This document shows positions 15,001-27,439 of a DNA stretch of 64,000 bases, in pieces. Source of the DNA: Takakia lepidozioides (taxonomy: Eukaryota; Plantae; Bryophyta). Both the position numbers and the translations under genes were made by a program. The notes under the pieces are model-generated. The model ran no database searches and had not been told where the DNA came from. It worked only from the letters and a program-made list of their open reading frames with translations. Positions within the stretch are counted from its first letter, which is position 1; each line of letters opens with the position of its first letter. The stretch is taken from NCBI GenBank assembly GCA_030704615.1, contig CM060734.1:60946001-61010000 (forward strand). Direction: 5' to 3'.

Positions 15001-18000
15001 CCAAAGCCATGTCTGTTGCCAGGAAATTGTCTGATGAAAATGAAGTTAGGCAGAAAACTTCCCTGAACTTGTTTCCAGTCTGTGACATGGGGGAGGACAT
15101 CATGGATGACCTCAAGGGTCTACCCATTCTCGGCACTAGACTGAAATTTAAACTCAGGGCAGGAAGCCTACCTTTGAACAGCAAACAGAAGCAGAGAGGA
15201 AAGGGAGTGTGCAATTGCCCGTTGTGTGGGCAACCCGAAGCCAATATTCATTTCCTGATTCAGTGTCCGGGGTTCTCTCACCAGAGAGACGCTCTCCTCA
15301 AATCTATCAAGGGAATTGTGCCTGTTCCTCTGTTTACCAACTTTGAAAGTCTCGAGGCTGAGCCAAAAGCCCAGGCCCTCCTGGGGCCTTGTTACTGGGC
15401 AAACCACACACAGCAAATTGATGCTTGTGTGAAGGGATTTCTAGAGGATATCTGGCAAAACCCGGATCAATGCTTTATACCAAGGTAAGTCTTACTACCA
15501 ACGTCAGCCCCTGACAGAGGTAGGTTCTGTCCCTTTGTGTTCCGCTCAAACTGAGCGCGGGGTCAATGGCCACAAGGCTACGGCAAACAACGTCTTATGA
15601 GTACATTCTTTCTTGTTTCTTGCTTCCTTTTGTCCCGTAAGCTCTTCGAGCTTTCTGCAGACGTTATAAAGTTCCATTTCATTTTATTTCTTTTCTTGTT
15701 GTGGGTCTTTTGTTCTACATTTCACAATTTTTCACCTCGCTCAAAATCCTTGAATATTCAAAAGCTGACTTCTGCCATGTGGTGTGATGGTGTAGGTTGA
15801 AGCTGATGGTAGGCTACATGCAATTGGACAACCAACTGCCCTTGACACCACTGCCAGTGCTGCTCGGTCCAGAACCAAGAGGTGAGAGCAAGGAGTTTGT
15901 GGTGAAGGCCACTATCATGAGATGCAATGACAACAGTGCGGGGACGGAGGTTTTCCCTTATGTTGGAATACGGGTAAGTTGTTGAACAAAATGAAGGAAG
16001 GCAAGGTGCATGGTACAAGGAGGTTGCAATCATGTGTCTAGGTCCCAGTGGCCCCACCCAAATCATTTGTATTGCTTCCATCCACCAGTGTGTTGAACTA
16101 ATCCTGAAGTCACTCCCAAGTGAAGTGTTCTGATATATAACTATCTTTTGCAGGTTACTGAACGCCCATGGCATATTATGGTGCATGAGCCAATCATTTG
16201 GGAAGTAGTGGAGATGTACCACAGTTTACATCTGGATCGCCTGTCCGGGGAGTCGGATGTCATTCAAGTTGATCCTGAAATTCGATTTGAGTATGTTGTC
16301 ATCCTGATTTTGAACTACAATCCCCATGTGTAACAGATAACTGGAGCTCCTTTCTTTCCCAAAGTGTTGTCATCTGTAATTTCCCATATCAATCTCATGG
16401 TTCCTTTAAGGTATGAATATATCAGATGGATACTGGTGGACAAGATCAATAGCCAACTGTGCTGTCTTTTCGGTGTGTGTGTGTCTGTATAGGCTTACTG
16501 ATTTTTCGGAAGTTCGGCTGAAGCTGACATTCGAAACAGCTCCAGAGCAGCGACCACATGGGACGCTTGGCATTTGGAGTCCTATCTTCACCACCATTGG
16601 AAATATCTCAAAGATGCCAGTTTGTTTACTGACCCCCTATCAATATTGTACTCCTTTGATGCTGATATAACTTTGGCAGAGTTGTGTGTAGGTCAGTGTC
16701 ATCAATGTAACAGATGACACAATTCAGAGCCCCAAAATACCTTGTCATAATTTTGGTTCTGGTGCATTGTACAGGAAACTATGAAGTTTTCCATCAGTCA
16801 TATTTTGAGACTCTGGTGATATTGTACGATGTAGAAGATGAATTTCCAAGGGTGTCCTTGTGGTCTGTGTGGCAGATTCGCTTGAACAGTGTGTTCCATG
16901 AAAACCGCTACATGCGCAAGAGCCAGGTGATCCCTGCCATTTTGAATCGCATAAAGCGGGACTTGATCCACCAGCCGCTGCAGATTCTGACAGGTGTCAA
17001 CGTGCTTGGCATGACCAGTTCTACACTTGCAACATTAAGCAGAGCTGCTGCAGAGTTATCTGGAGACGGAAAATTTCTGCGTCTGCGAGAGAAACAGGTG
17101 TTCTGTTAATTGTTGACTGTAAAAGATGATTCTCACAATTTCCCATGTAGGAAAGTGGGACCCCAGTCTTTCCGGTCCAGTATTGGATGTGTAGAGTGTT
17201 AAATGCCAACTCCTGCAGCAGTAACAGTTGGTGGACAATGGCTCGGGGGAAGTCTACACACTGTCACTATTAAGAGTTACACGAGCCATTTCCGGGGCAT
17301 TTATAAGTGGCTCCTGCTTGGCAGCTTCAAAACTTGTTAATGGGTTCCCACGCCACTAATTTTGCAGTTTCTTTTTTTCTTTTTTCTTTTTTCTTGTGAA
17401 CAGGGGACAGGGGCCCTGATAGTATTTTTTTTTCCTATGGGACCATAATGTTTTATTTTTTATTTTATTTCTTATATTCAATAGTGGCATGGTATAAAAA
17501 GTAGAGCCAAATATACATATATATGTTTATATATGTGGATATTGCAGTTGATTTCAGCTCCCTGCAAGCGATTTTCCTGTTGACAAGACAACTTGTTGTT
17601 AACATGTTTCGTTAATTTGACAGTCTCTCTTCAAGCTTGAACTCCTCTCTGTATATGCAGGAGAGGTCAAGGAATGTAGCAGGTGTGTGTGATGGGTTGC
17701 TCCAAGGGACAGAAGCCCTGGCACGTGGATTCACCTATGGGCTCAAAGGTGTCATTACAAAACCCATGTACTACATACGGCAGAATGGATTTATTGGGCT
17801 TTTCCAGGGCGTTGGCAAAGCTGTGGTGGGTGTTGTGGTGGAGCCTGTGAGTGGAATGCTCGACTTTGTGGCTCTGACGGTGAACGGGGTCGGCAACAGC
17901 TGTACCCACTGTTTTGAGGTCTTTGAGCACAAGCCTAAGTTCCAACGGGCACGTCTTCCGCGCACAATTCGTGCCGATGGAATTATCCGGCCTTATGATG

Positions 18001-20717
18001 AGAAGAGTGCATATGGACAGGTAGCAAGACAGCTGAAGCATCTATATGCCATGTCTAAATATTTCAAGAATCTTGGAATGAAACCATAAATACAAGTCCA
18101 TTTATCTTCAAAGCAACGAAGTTTTCCAAATTCTTATACCTGAACTTCTGTGCCTTTGGTCGTCTGCTGGAATCATCTCAACCCACCACTTATGTGTCTT
18201 TGGTCGTCTGCTGGACTCGGTTGAATCAGCAAGTTAATGATCTCTGCAATGGTGATTTGCATGCAGGCCATTTTGCGGCTTGCAGAGTCAGGTGCTTACT
18301 TTGGGAGTAAGGATGTGTTCAAGGAACCAGCCAAGTATGCATTGACAGATATCTATCAGGATCACTTCGATCTACCTAAAGGCCTTATTTTGATGTTGAC
18401 GAATAGGCATGTAATGGTGCTTAAGGTCAGTTAAACCCATTGGCTTCTATTGGCTTACAGTAGCCTACAGTAGCCTTGTTTAAGCATCAAGAAAGTCCTG
18501 TATGTGTTCTCTTTTGTTTCTTTTCTTCCTGATTTTTTTCTTGCATGAGAGAAGAGGAAACACCTCATGTGCTCTGCAATCTTGTTGTTCTACTTGTCCC
18601 ATGGGCTTCGGACTGCCCATGGACGTTCTATAATTTTTACCACCCCCTCTCCATCTACTCTAATGAATTTATTCTCTTCTCATCTCTAGTGTTAGCAAGT
18701 TTCTTTTGGTCCCTACCATTTTGAACTTCCCATGCATGGAATTTTGTTTCTGTGTTTCTAACATTTGTCTACGTTATGCAGCGCCCATCCTCCCATGCCA
18801 AAGGCTCAGACCTTCCTCTTTCAGATCCTTGTACAATTCTTTGGGAAATTCATTGGAGAAATCTGCTGGCTGTTGAGGTGGCAACTGGGCCAATGGACCA
18901 GCTACCCTCGCATGTTATTCTTCACCTTCGCTACTCTCCAAAGACCTTTGCCCGTGTTGTTCGCTGTCACAAGCCTGATGAGGCAGGAAATGCACAAGCC
19001 ATCCAAATTTACCAAGCTATCTGCCAGCAGTGGCGTGCATTTGGCCCGGAGCACACCAACGGTTCTGTGAAGGTGAGCTGTAGTTCCTCCAAGGACGGGT
19101 TTCATACTCCCATCAAGAAACATATGATGGCTTCAAGCAATGGAAACAGGGAAAGTAGATGAATGTTTGGATATCTATGACAGTTAGAAGTGTTTGTATG
19201 ATTTAATATGTGGCTGTTGGGTTTGGCAGAATAGTGCAGAGTTGTGAAACAATGATCGTGGTATGTTGTGGTCATTGGCAGAGAGCAAGGAGACATCAAC
19301 ACCTTCGGATGACACCAAAGTCGGGGCCAATCGTTGATCCATGCATAGGAAAAAAAATCGAGCATTGGCAAGATGTGTGCCAGTCTTCAGGGTCATCAAG
19401 CAGCTCACCAGAACTGAGCAGTTCACCTTCATATGCTGCAGAAGGAAGCCAGTTTAAACAGGAGGTAGTGTTGTTTGAACGGATTTGGACATCAGATATG
19501 GATCCAGGATTTTCGAGCTGTTCCTTAATGTGTATGGTATGTTCTCAGTCCATTTACCCTCTTTTTTGGGTGCTTCAAAAACCTGTGTTACCTTTTCTAT
19601 TCGCACTTTCGGTGGTATAAGGTTTAATTGCAGATTTGTGATTGTGGGTTGTTGAGAGATTCCTGAATAATAGCTTCTGGGGCTGGTAATCTGTGTCTAT
19701 TTGCATCCTCTCCCTGCCCCTCAAGACAGACATGAAGCATCTGTTCTCCTCGAAGGAAGCATTCTGACATCAAGGCTAACAGCTAAGGGAAGGGAAAAGA
19801 CTTTCAATATGTGACCTCCGTCCTGCCTGTCTTTTGCAGGAATTGTCAGATAGAGAGAAGTGTACGATCTGGCGACCCATTGCACCAGATGGGTAAATGT
19901 TCATATTGCAATTTGATATACACTGCAAAGCATACTCTTTTCTCAAAACTGAGTCATGTTGCAGAGTACTTGGTCAATAATGGAATTCTAACTTAGATCT
20001 GACGTAGGCCTTTTTGTGGCAGGTATGTTTCTGTGGGAGATATTGCATATTGTGGGAACCATCCTCCCACTATAGCAATCACGTACAAGAATGAAAAAGG
20101 AAGATTTGCACCACCAACCGGTTTTGATCTGGTAAGTTAATCAAACAGACATCACCGTCTTGACATCTCATGTCCACTGAATATCAAACTTAGAAGACCT
20201 TATTTTATTGGTGTTTGAGTTCTGGTATTCACATGGATTACAATCATTGGTGACAAGAGCTCAGACTCAACCTCTTGGTTTTTTGCAGCCTGTACAAATA
20301 TCCTCTTTGGTTATGCCAACGAGATATGATTTTACTAAATCTAATCTTCTTGTATCATAAAACTTGCAGGTATGGCGAAATTGGAAGGATGGGTTCAAAG
20401 AACCAATTACCATTTGGATGCCAAGGGCTCCTGAAGGCTATGTGGCCTTGGGGTGTGTCGCTGTATCTGACTACGCGGAACCTGAGGTCGACTCAGTTTG
20501 GTGTGCACAGTTCGATGTAACAGAGGAAACTTGTTACGAAGCACAACCAATCTGGCATTCTCCCAGCAGCTCTCCATGGCACTGTTACATCTACCCAGTG
20601 GTCAGTGAGGCACTCACCTTTATTGGCATGAGAGAACAGAAGCATGAAGGTAGCTCAAAACCTAGAAGGATTATCTCGACCATCTCAACTACTGTGGATG
20701 AAATTCAAGAAAACTAA
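1..20717 (+). CDS. VPS13: VPS13M-type bridge-like lipid transfer protein (At1g48090/At4g17140-like), 5' end outside window, about 35 exons
   Basis: A GT-AG exon chain in compatible frames, approximately 341-633, 774-867, 1071-1463, 1978-2397, 3016-3343, 3678-3836, 4084-4247, 4918-5101, 5499-5801, 5987-6186, 7790-8326, 8694-9003, 9265-9726, 10779-11121, 11427-11526, 12043-12198, 13287-13467, 13763-14311, 15796-15973, 16876-17097, 17660-18020, 18782-19072, 20370-20717 (TAA). Motifs: Vps62/DUF946-like repeats (FWRPRPPPGFAVLGDC, WLPVPPPGYVALGCVA, IWMPRAPEGYVALGCVA), a C2-like segment (QSARTRC..WDEVFVFEV), a dysferlin/Pex24p-like segment (EEEVFENERFQPVAGWG, PPGWEWTSDW..GWAYA..RRRRWVR), an SHR-binding-like region, and VPS13 C-terminal motifs (MQLDNQLPLTPLPVLL, GVITKP..G..G..QGVGKA). 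Confidence 0.95.
4391..4865 (+). mobile_element. 5'-truncated non-LTR retrotransposon (RTE/RTEX-like C-terminal zinc-knuckle region) in a VPS13 intron
   Basis: ORF remnant IETGRW..RLCP..EEHFFFHCPLYYEIR..CLAAYLHE, then a 3' unit TTTTGTCCCATAAGCT..GAGCTTTCCGCGGATGTT and a (CATTT)n tail near 4762-4780. A second diverged unit lies at about 4821-4865. Confidence 0.7.
12556..12948. repeat. Intronic tandem duplication, 2 x about 190-200 bp
   Basis: TTGAACCCATGCACCCAAGTGGGTATGATATTTAGTATTGTCCACCTTTTACAGG starts at both 12556 and 12747, and similarity continues to ..CACAACTGT in both copies. Confidence 0.9.
14735..15690 (+). mobile_element. Short 3' remnant of the same (CATTT)-tailed LINE family as 4391-4865, interrupted by a second element
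   Basis: GCTTACCTGCATGAGG (AYLHE) near 14752 matches the 4.6-kb copy. The 3' unit TCCTTTTGTCCCrTAAGCTCTTyGAGCTTTCTGCAGAyGTTATAAA..TTCCATTTCATTT occurs at about 14877-14940 and 15626-15685. Confidence 0.65.
14994..15604 (+). mobile_element. 5'-truncated non-LTR retrotransposon with an 18-bp target-site duplication
   Basis: Open ORF remnant 14991-15488 (GTRLKFKLRAGSLPLN..CPLCGQPEANIHFLIQCP) resembles a LINE ORF2 C-terminal zinc knuckle. It is flanked by identical ATTCTTTCTTGTTTCTTG at 14976-14993 and 15605-15622. Confidence 0.8.
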
Positions 20718-21659
20718 AACTAAATCTTGCATAGCATGTCTCGATGCAACTCGTGGTTGGAATCTGGCAGTTACGTTTTTGAAATCAACATAGAAAACAC
20801 CTCAGTGAAGTTCGCAGTTTCCCCACGGTTCACTATCATCCAGAAGGAATAATTCAAGGAGTCTGACCTCAATCAAAAACTTTGTATCCACCAATACTGA
20901 TGTGAAGGCAGAGATGAACAAGTTGAAGTTTTGGACATGTTGAATCATTCCTACTGAGGTATTGCCTGGTGCTCTCCATTTGGTAACCCAACATTGCACA
21001 TGCAAATTAAGATGATTTTCAGCAACTTGCATGAGGCTTTCAAAGAGGTATGTGTTCCAATGACAAGAATTAGTGTGGATCACAAGCTTGGTGTTGAGCT
21101 ATTACAGTGGCTACATCTTTAACTGTAGAGATGCAGACTAAACATGCAAAATGCATAGAATGTTATGTAGATATCATGTGTAGATGTGTAATGTAGATGG
21201 TCTGGCAGTTATTTGATGATTCTCCTATCTAAGATGATTTGGGAAATCAAGAGGAAGGCCTTTATTGCAGCCCTTTGAATAAAAGTTCTTCAGCATTGGA
21301 ATGAAGTTAAATTTCTAAGAGAACCATGACGATATAGTGATTATATCTCAAATGTTTGTTTGTAGACTGAAGCATAAATTACATAGCATAATCTACATTA
21401 TCTAACAACCTACTTTTTACAATATTACATCCTGAAGTGATTTAAAATTGAAGACAATGAAACTACCTTGCCCATGTTTTTTTTCTGCAGTTTTGGCATC
21501 AATCATGATATATAACAAAAAGTACCAGATAATAATAATAATATATGACGCCTCCCAAGTGAAGCCCTAATGATGGTGTCTCTTGACATCTAAGGGGGGA
21601 CACCTTTGTGACACCAATCAACCTTGGGGTATACTGATAAGATATTAGTATCAGTATAT

Positions 21660-21830
21660 ATATATATATGACACCTCCCGAAGGCCCAAAGGGAGCATAA
21701 CTTGTGGTGTCTCTTCACCACAAGGGCTTCCACCTTCCAGCTGAAAGGTGGACACCTTCATGACACACCAGTCCGTGGTTCGAACTCACAACCACATCCA
21801 ACGTGGTATGTGCCCATTACCACTGGGTAT
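21660..21830 (-). mobile_element. tRNA-derived SINE, family A copy
   Basis: The reverse complement reads CCCAGTGGTAATGGGCACATACCACGTTGGATGTGGTTGTGAGTTCGAACCACGGACTGGTGTGTCATGAAGGTGTCCACCTTTCAGCTGGAAGG.., with A- and B-box-like motifs. It is highly similar to 30440-30600. Confidence 0.75.
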
Positions 21831-21844
21831 GAATTGGTATGAAG

Positions 21845-22426
21845 TACTAGACCAGTCTGGTCTCAGGCCATTGCCTAGCATATATCCGTATTGGCTTGGT
21901 ATTTCTGTTTCGTAATATTATGAGTAATACGCTGTCAGTCTGGTAGGTGGTTGAAAATTCGGTACCTGATACCACTACCAGATCCATTTTTGTGAAGAAA
22001 ATCTCGGTATGAGTATTCGGTATGAGTATTGACGATGAACTATGCACAATATGGTTGCGGCTGAATCTGACCTCTTCGATGTAAATGAAGATGAAATATA
22101 AGAAGCTGCATACTGTGACGAACAAATTTAATGAGAAACATGTTTATTGTACATGTAGAATGAGAAGTGGGTTTTTTAACATGAAAATATAGTGGGTTTG
22201 TTTGGTACTAGATCAATATTAATAGTACCATGGTATATATGTTGTTCAAACTCTTGATATTAATACTTGTAAAACACAACATCATTAATGCATTGTCGAT
22301 ATTACCATGTTATCCACATCTCAGATCTTTGCCAATACTGCTGCTTCCCTGGTATCACAATCGGACCAATGCATCTATACCGGTAGTAACTTGGTGTATT
22401 CAAAATACGATACCAGTCCAACACTA
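21845..22426. mobile_element. Degenerate hAT-like non-autonomous element (right TIR only)
   Basis: TACCAGTCCAACACTA at 22411-22426 is the reverse complement of TAGTGTTGGACTGGTA. A near-identical end, GAGTGTTGGACTGGTA, occurs near 29740. The interior has reiterated GGTAT/ATACC motifs. Confidence 0.45.
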
Positions 22427-24749
22427 GATTGAACCCACAACCACTTTCGAGGTGGTGTAAATTCTAATAGGCTCTAGATGGAGGATAAAGATAAAGTTTC
22501 TTTAACATCCAGTGAATTTATAGAGCCTACTGCTCACACAGAGGCCATCGAGGGCCCAATGGACGGTCTGAAAAGTCCTTTAGAACCTTTCAAAAGTGAT
22601 TAAGAAGATTCCTATGAAGTTCGCCCTTAGGGAAATTCATACTCTTCTAGGAATTTTGACTTTAGGCTCCCAAGTTAAATCTTTAAGAAATTCATATTGT
22701 GGAGAGCATATAAATATGCAATGAAAGCTTAGAGGGGACAGTTCTTTTGGAAAAAGTTTAGAAACACTTCGAGTATAGTTTGTGTATCTTTTTGTAGATC
22801 GTGGGTGTTACAATCGTATCACCAATTGATCTTCCTCTTCTTGAGGATACAATTAAGATGTTTTTGTTCGAGAGGATTGTGGTTGTCAATAGTCTTAGGT
22901 ATTATAATAATAAATAGCAGTGATGGTGCGTCGTCACGATAGAAAAAAAAAATTGTGGACTTAAATCGATCCCCTATTGTGAGTTTGTTTTGGAGTGTGA
23001 ATTTAAAATTATATGTCGTCGTAAGGCAGATATTAGATATACTATAGTACGGATATTTGGAGATGAACGATGTCAAGAAGTGTTACAAAACTCAAGACCT
23101 ATTTTTTCTTATAGCTAAAAACTGGAAGCTTGCTCACTTTGACACAACTACTTTGTTCAAAGAAAGGATGTCATGGAAATGACCAATTAGTGCGACTACA
23201 AGCGATTTCTCATCGCCCCACACCTCCGGTAATGCGGGGGCTATGCCACGTGGAGACTCAGGACCTCGGTAATGGAATGGGGAGGAGTGGAAATATGACT
23301 TCTAGTTAACCTATCTATAAAAAAAAAAATCGTCCAGACTCTGAACCAATCGTGGTGTTCGCTCTGCGTTATGTAGAACGCGGGGAAGATGAGGCATCTT
23401 CTGCTCCAGAGTTGTAGAGCTTCCGGTTACGTGGAACAACTCCCTCACTGCAAGATGGGAGCTCCATTAGTGCTAGATGCTCCCCAACGGATTGTGATGA
23501 CAATGAAGACAATTGGCGCCATAAGCGCAGTTTTAGAAAGACCAAGTATCGGGTTCATCTCTCCTTTGAGTCCTGCAAAAGGAAGTGAAGACATCTGTTG
23601 GTCTTATGGCTTCCCCGCAAGGTTATTTTTTCCTTGCTAAAACTTTCAAATTTTGTGCTCTTGGGATATTTTACATCCCAAAGCTTATGAGGCCTTTGTC
23701 CCTCTTTTATAAATTTAAAATTTTAAAAAAAAAAAAACAGGAAGGTATATTATATATGTTATATATGTATTAAATATTACATATTTTCTTGTTCGATTTG
23801 TAATTGCAATTTTAGAGTAGAATTCATGAACTTGGTCGTGAGTTTAAATGTTCCTGTTATATTACCAATTGTAACGTAGGGGATGGTTTGGGATTGTATT
23901 ATATATACACTGTATTAGAATTTATGAGAACAAATATAATATACAATTTTGGAAGACATACAACACAAAGCAAAAAATTGTGGTCGTTGACGCCCACAAT
24001 TTCCAGAGTGCGAATATTAGGATCACTCGAAGAACCCCTTGATAGCATGTCAAGCTAAACAACACTGGCAAACCCAAACTGGAGCTACATTGGTAGAGAG
24101 GTCATTAACTGCTATGACCCAGATGCTCAAAAGGGTTGCATCGAGGCACCAAGGTGAAATTCACAAGAGAGTGAACGCCGATTAAGCACCCATGGGACCT
24201 GCATGGTTACCGACATAGAGGATATATACGCCACATGACAGTATACCTGTAAAGGACAGTGACATTTGTTGCCAAATAAACAAGAGCAAGCTCATGCTCT
24301 TCCTAAGTTGCCTTCAGGAGAGCTCCTTGGAGGTTCACCCTTCATGGACACATGGTCAGCATGTCGTGTCCAGACAAATACATGAAATAGTTTAGTTTGA
24401 CAATCTGACAATCTTACACCACAGATGTTGAAAAGTAAGCTCATTCCAACTTGCTTGTGAGTGGCCAAGAATCACTGACTTACAAAATTTGCACACAGCT
24501 GGCAAATATACTAAGAGCAGCTGAGGAGGACAATAGGCTCACAACCCAGTTTCAAAACTGTTTGGAATTCAACGGGATACCAGAGACGAAATTTGTATTT
24601 GTGGAGAACCTATACAGCTTGACATCTTATACCTCTGTCAAGTTTTGGCTAATATTTTGAGCTAACCAATGCTTGCAATGGGACCACACTACCAGTGACA
24701 GCTGCCAAGTAGCTGGTTTGCCTAAAAAGCAGAGTCATCTACACATACT

Positions 24750-27439
24750 TTACAACAACTGGACAGCTGCAATCATGGGGATTTTCTCCCGTAACTTCTG
24801 AGTGACTGCCACACGCACTGTCATGACCGAAGCTGCAGGCCCTCCAAGCCTGACTTTGACTACAGGTCCATCAATCTTAACTAGACTCAACTCCCCTCCA
24901 CCTGTGCCAACTAAGTAGGGTCGTATTTCTGAAAGCACCTGCACAGAAGTCATACTATGTCTGGTTAATTTTCACTTAAGCTGCATTGACCAGACCAGAA
25001 ACTCCAGCATTGCTGACCAGACCACAGAAGCCCCAGACCTCCTCAAGTCTGCCTTCTGAACCTACAAGGGACGAAAAGATAGCACTGCAATCTGAGCTAG
25101 CACATCTGAAACTGCAAACCACCAAACATTTTCACATTCGTAGGTGTTACATGTAGTTGACATTGCTCTAGGAGGTTTTCAGCTAAATATTCAAAATGAG
25201 TAAGAATATGTCGCAATCCTTGTGTGCTCTCCCATTCTGTGTCGCTAGGCAATAAATTGAGCTTACATGTGCAGACAAATACAGACGAACAGGCCAGGAG
25301 CATAAGAATAGACAGCACAAGCGCGTGTACTTAAATACATACCGCATCCACGTTCTCTTCAGTAAGAGAAAGGCCAGTCTCTTGATCCAAGATTTGCTCA
25401 ACCCCTAAGATTTCAGGAATTTTCTCTATTAGACGCCGCTCAATTCCCATCTTCATGGTCATCATAGAACTAGGGCACGACCCACATGCACCTTGTAACT
25501 TGAGCTTCACCACTAAGCCATCTATCTCATGGAGTGCCACGTTGCCTCCATCAGACATGAGGTATGGGCGTATTTCATCCAAAACCATCTCCACATTCTC
25601 CTCTGTTAACTCCAAGCCCTCTGTTGCTTCTTGTGGTGTGGCAACTGCTTCAACTGTCGTAACAACCAACACATACAATAACTCAGTTCAATTAGAGTGT
25701 CATATCTCCCCATCCAGCTTGGGACAAGCCATTCAATGTTCCATCATGCAACCAGTAAATCAGTTCCCAATGCACCATAAACCCTCTTTTGCATTGAGCT
25801 CCAGTGCTGGAACCCACCCTCTTTGAATGACCTTAAGTCCATCTCAGAGGGTAAGGAGAGTCTGCAACTCTTATAGTGGCCGTTGGTTGAACCATTGCTG
25901 GTGGGTCCTGATGTGACTACAGCGACCTTGGAAAGCTTAATCTTTAATGTCCATCGCAGCATCATAGGGCCGTGACTTTCAAACACCGCGTGTAGAGAAC
26001 AATGGCCACTTGGGTCTCATAGCACATGACAGCATCTCAACAACCAAATTGTGGGCTTCACTCTGCACTTTTCTCTATTCTCCCACCCACCACCCGCGCC
26101 CCCGCTAAACAGAAAAAAACCCTGGGAACAAAGGGGCAGACTCTAATTCCTTTCAAGTGGCATAAGACGTCTACTATCGCTGATCTGTTATAGTACATGG
26201 ACAGTTCTGGAAGGTGTAGTCTTAAATGGAGCACTGCATTCATGAGTCCTGCATGGCCAGTGGCTATCGGGCTCACCCTCTGCCAGGCTTAATAAGCAAA
26301 AGCATTCAGCCAATTCACTCAATAGTCAGTCTTCTGGAAACTCAAAGATGATTGCAGTCACTACAAAGCCAACAAAGCAGAGACTGTGATGTTACACAAT
26401 GCTTCATACCTCTCTTTCTTTGATTGTGAATCCGCACCGACACACCACAGCCCACCCACACATTCCCATAAAGTCTTGATCTCTGTAATGCCAACATGTC
26501 CACCCTAGCTCCTCCAACCTGCATTAACAATTACAGCAAGTACACACAACCCCCTTGTTTTTTGAAGTAAAAGCTCCGGTGCATCCTTGCCACAACGTTC
26601 AGAATACATTAAATTCACCAATTCACATTCAGCACCCGCACCAGAATTTGGTAACCAAACTCAGTTCCCCTTTCATTTTGCCACCTCTTCCAACCCTTGC
26701 AGTAAGTTTTCGGTCAAAAGTCCAAGCTTTGCTTCTGTAGTTTGAACAAGTCCCTGTCAAGCTATCTTTTTGCATACATCCTGCCCTATGTGACTAGCCC
26801 ATATCAGCTGCTTGATAGCAGCTTCTGACTCCAAATTCTACTCACATCAGTCCTTACTGAGTGCCTTGAAGAATTCACCACTAGAAACTGCCGTGAATCG
26901 CTCACTTCCTCACTACTGCCAATCGTCCATGGCGTCTGCTTCAAGACGTCCTTGTATCGAACGGGTACAAGCAGACAATCATCTATATCATACCTCCCTA
27001 CAAGACCATTATTCTTCATCTAGCAGCAGCCTTCAATCAGGCCATTTTGGTTGCTTGGTGGCTTAACACACTTAAATGAAAAACTGATCAGTCATGGTGC
27101 CTGTTCCCCTATACATACAAAATCTCGATTATTCCTAGTATATGATCGCACTTCACTCAACAAAGGAGAATACTCAACTCTTCTCTCCAATCTCTCCTTA
27201 TTGCTTCCTGCCTTACTGAACCCCCGGACCTGCACGTACACACCGCAACTGAGCGACACCCATCCCCTAAGACTGTAAGAGGGAGAGAGACGCAACACCT
27301 CCGTTGAACAGGACCTAGGCATGTAGAGGGATGAAGAAGCCTCCCGACACGAGCAACATGGGGCACAATGTTGCTGCCCACTACTGTACAAGCTCGGTCC
27401 CACAGCCGTTACAGCGGTGGCTTGCATCGCTGTTTGCAT
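24750..27439 (-). CDS. NFU: Plastid NifU-like Fe-S cluster transfer protein (NFU2/NFU3 type, two NFU domains)
   Basis: Exon 25653-25343 encodes [62 protein letters not shown] (CxxC motif). Exon 24938-24750 encodes [38 protein letters not shown] Ser/Ala/Thr-rich transit-peptide-like first exon starts at 27439, with a likely internal exon at 26518-26410. The 5' structure is less certain than the core. Confidence 0.9.
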
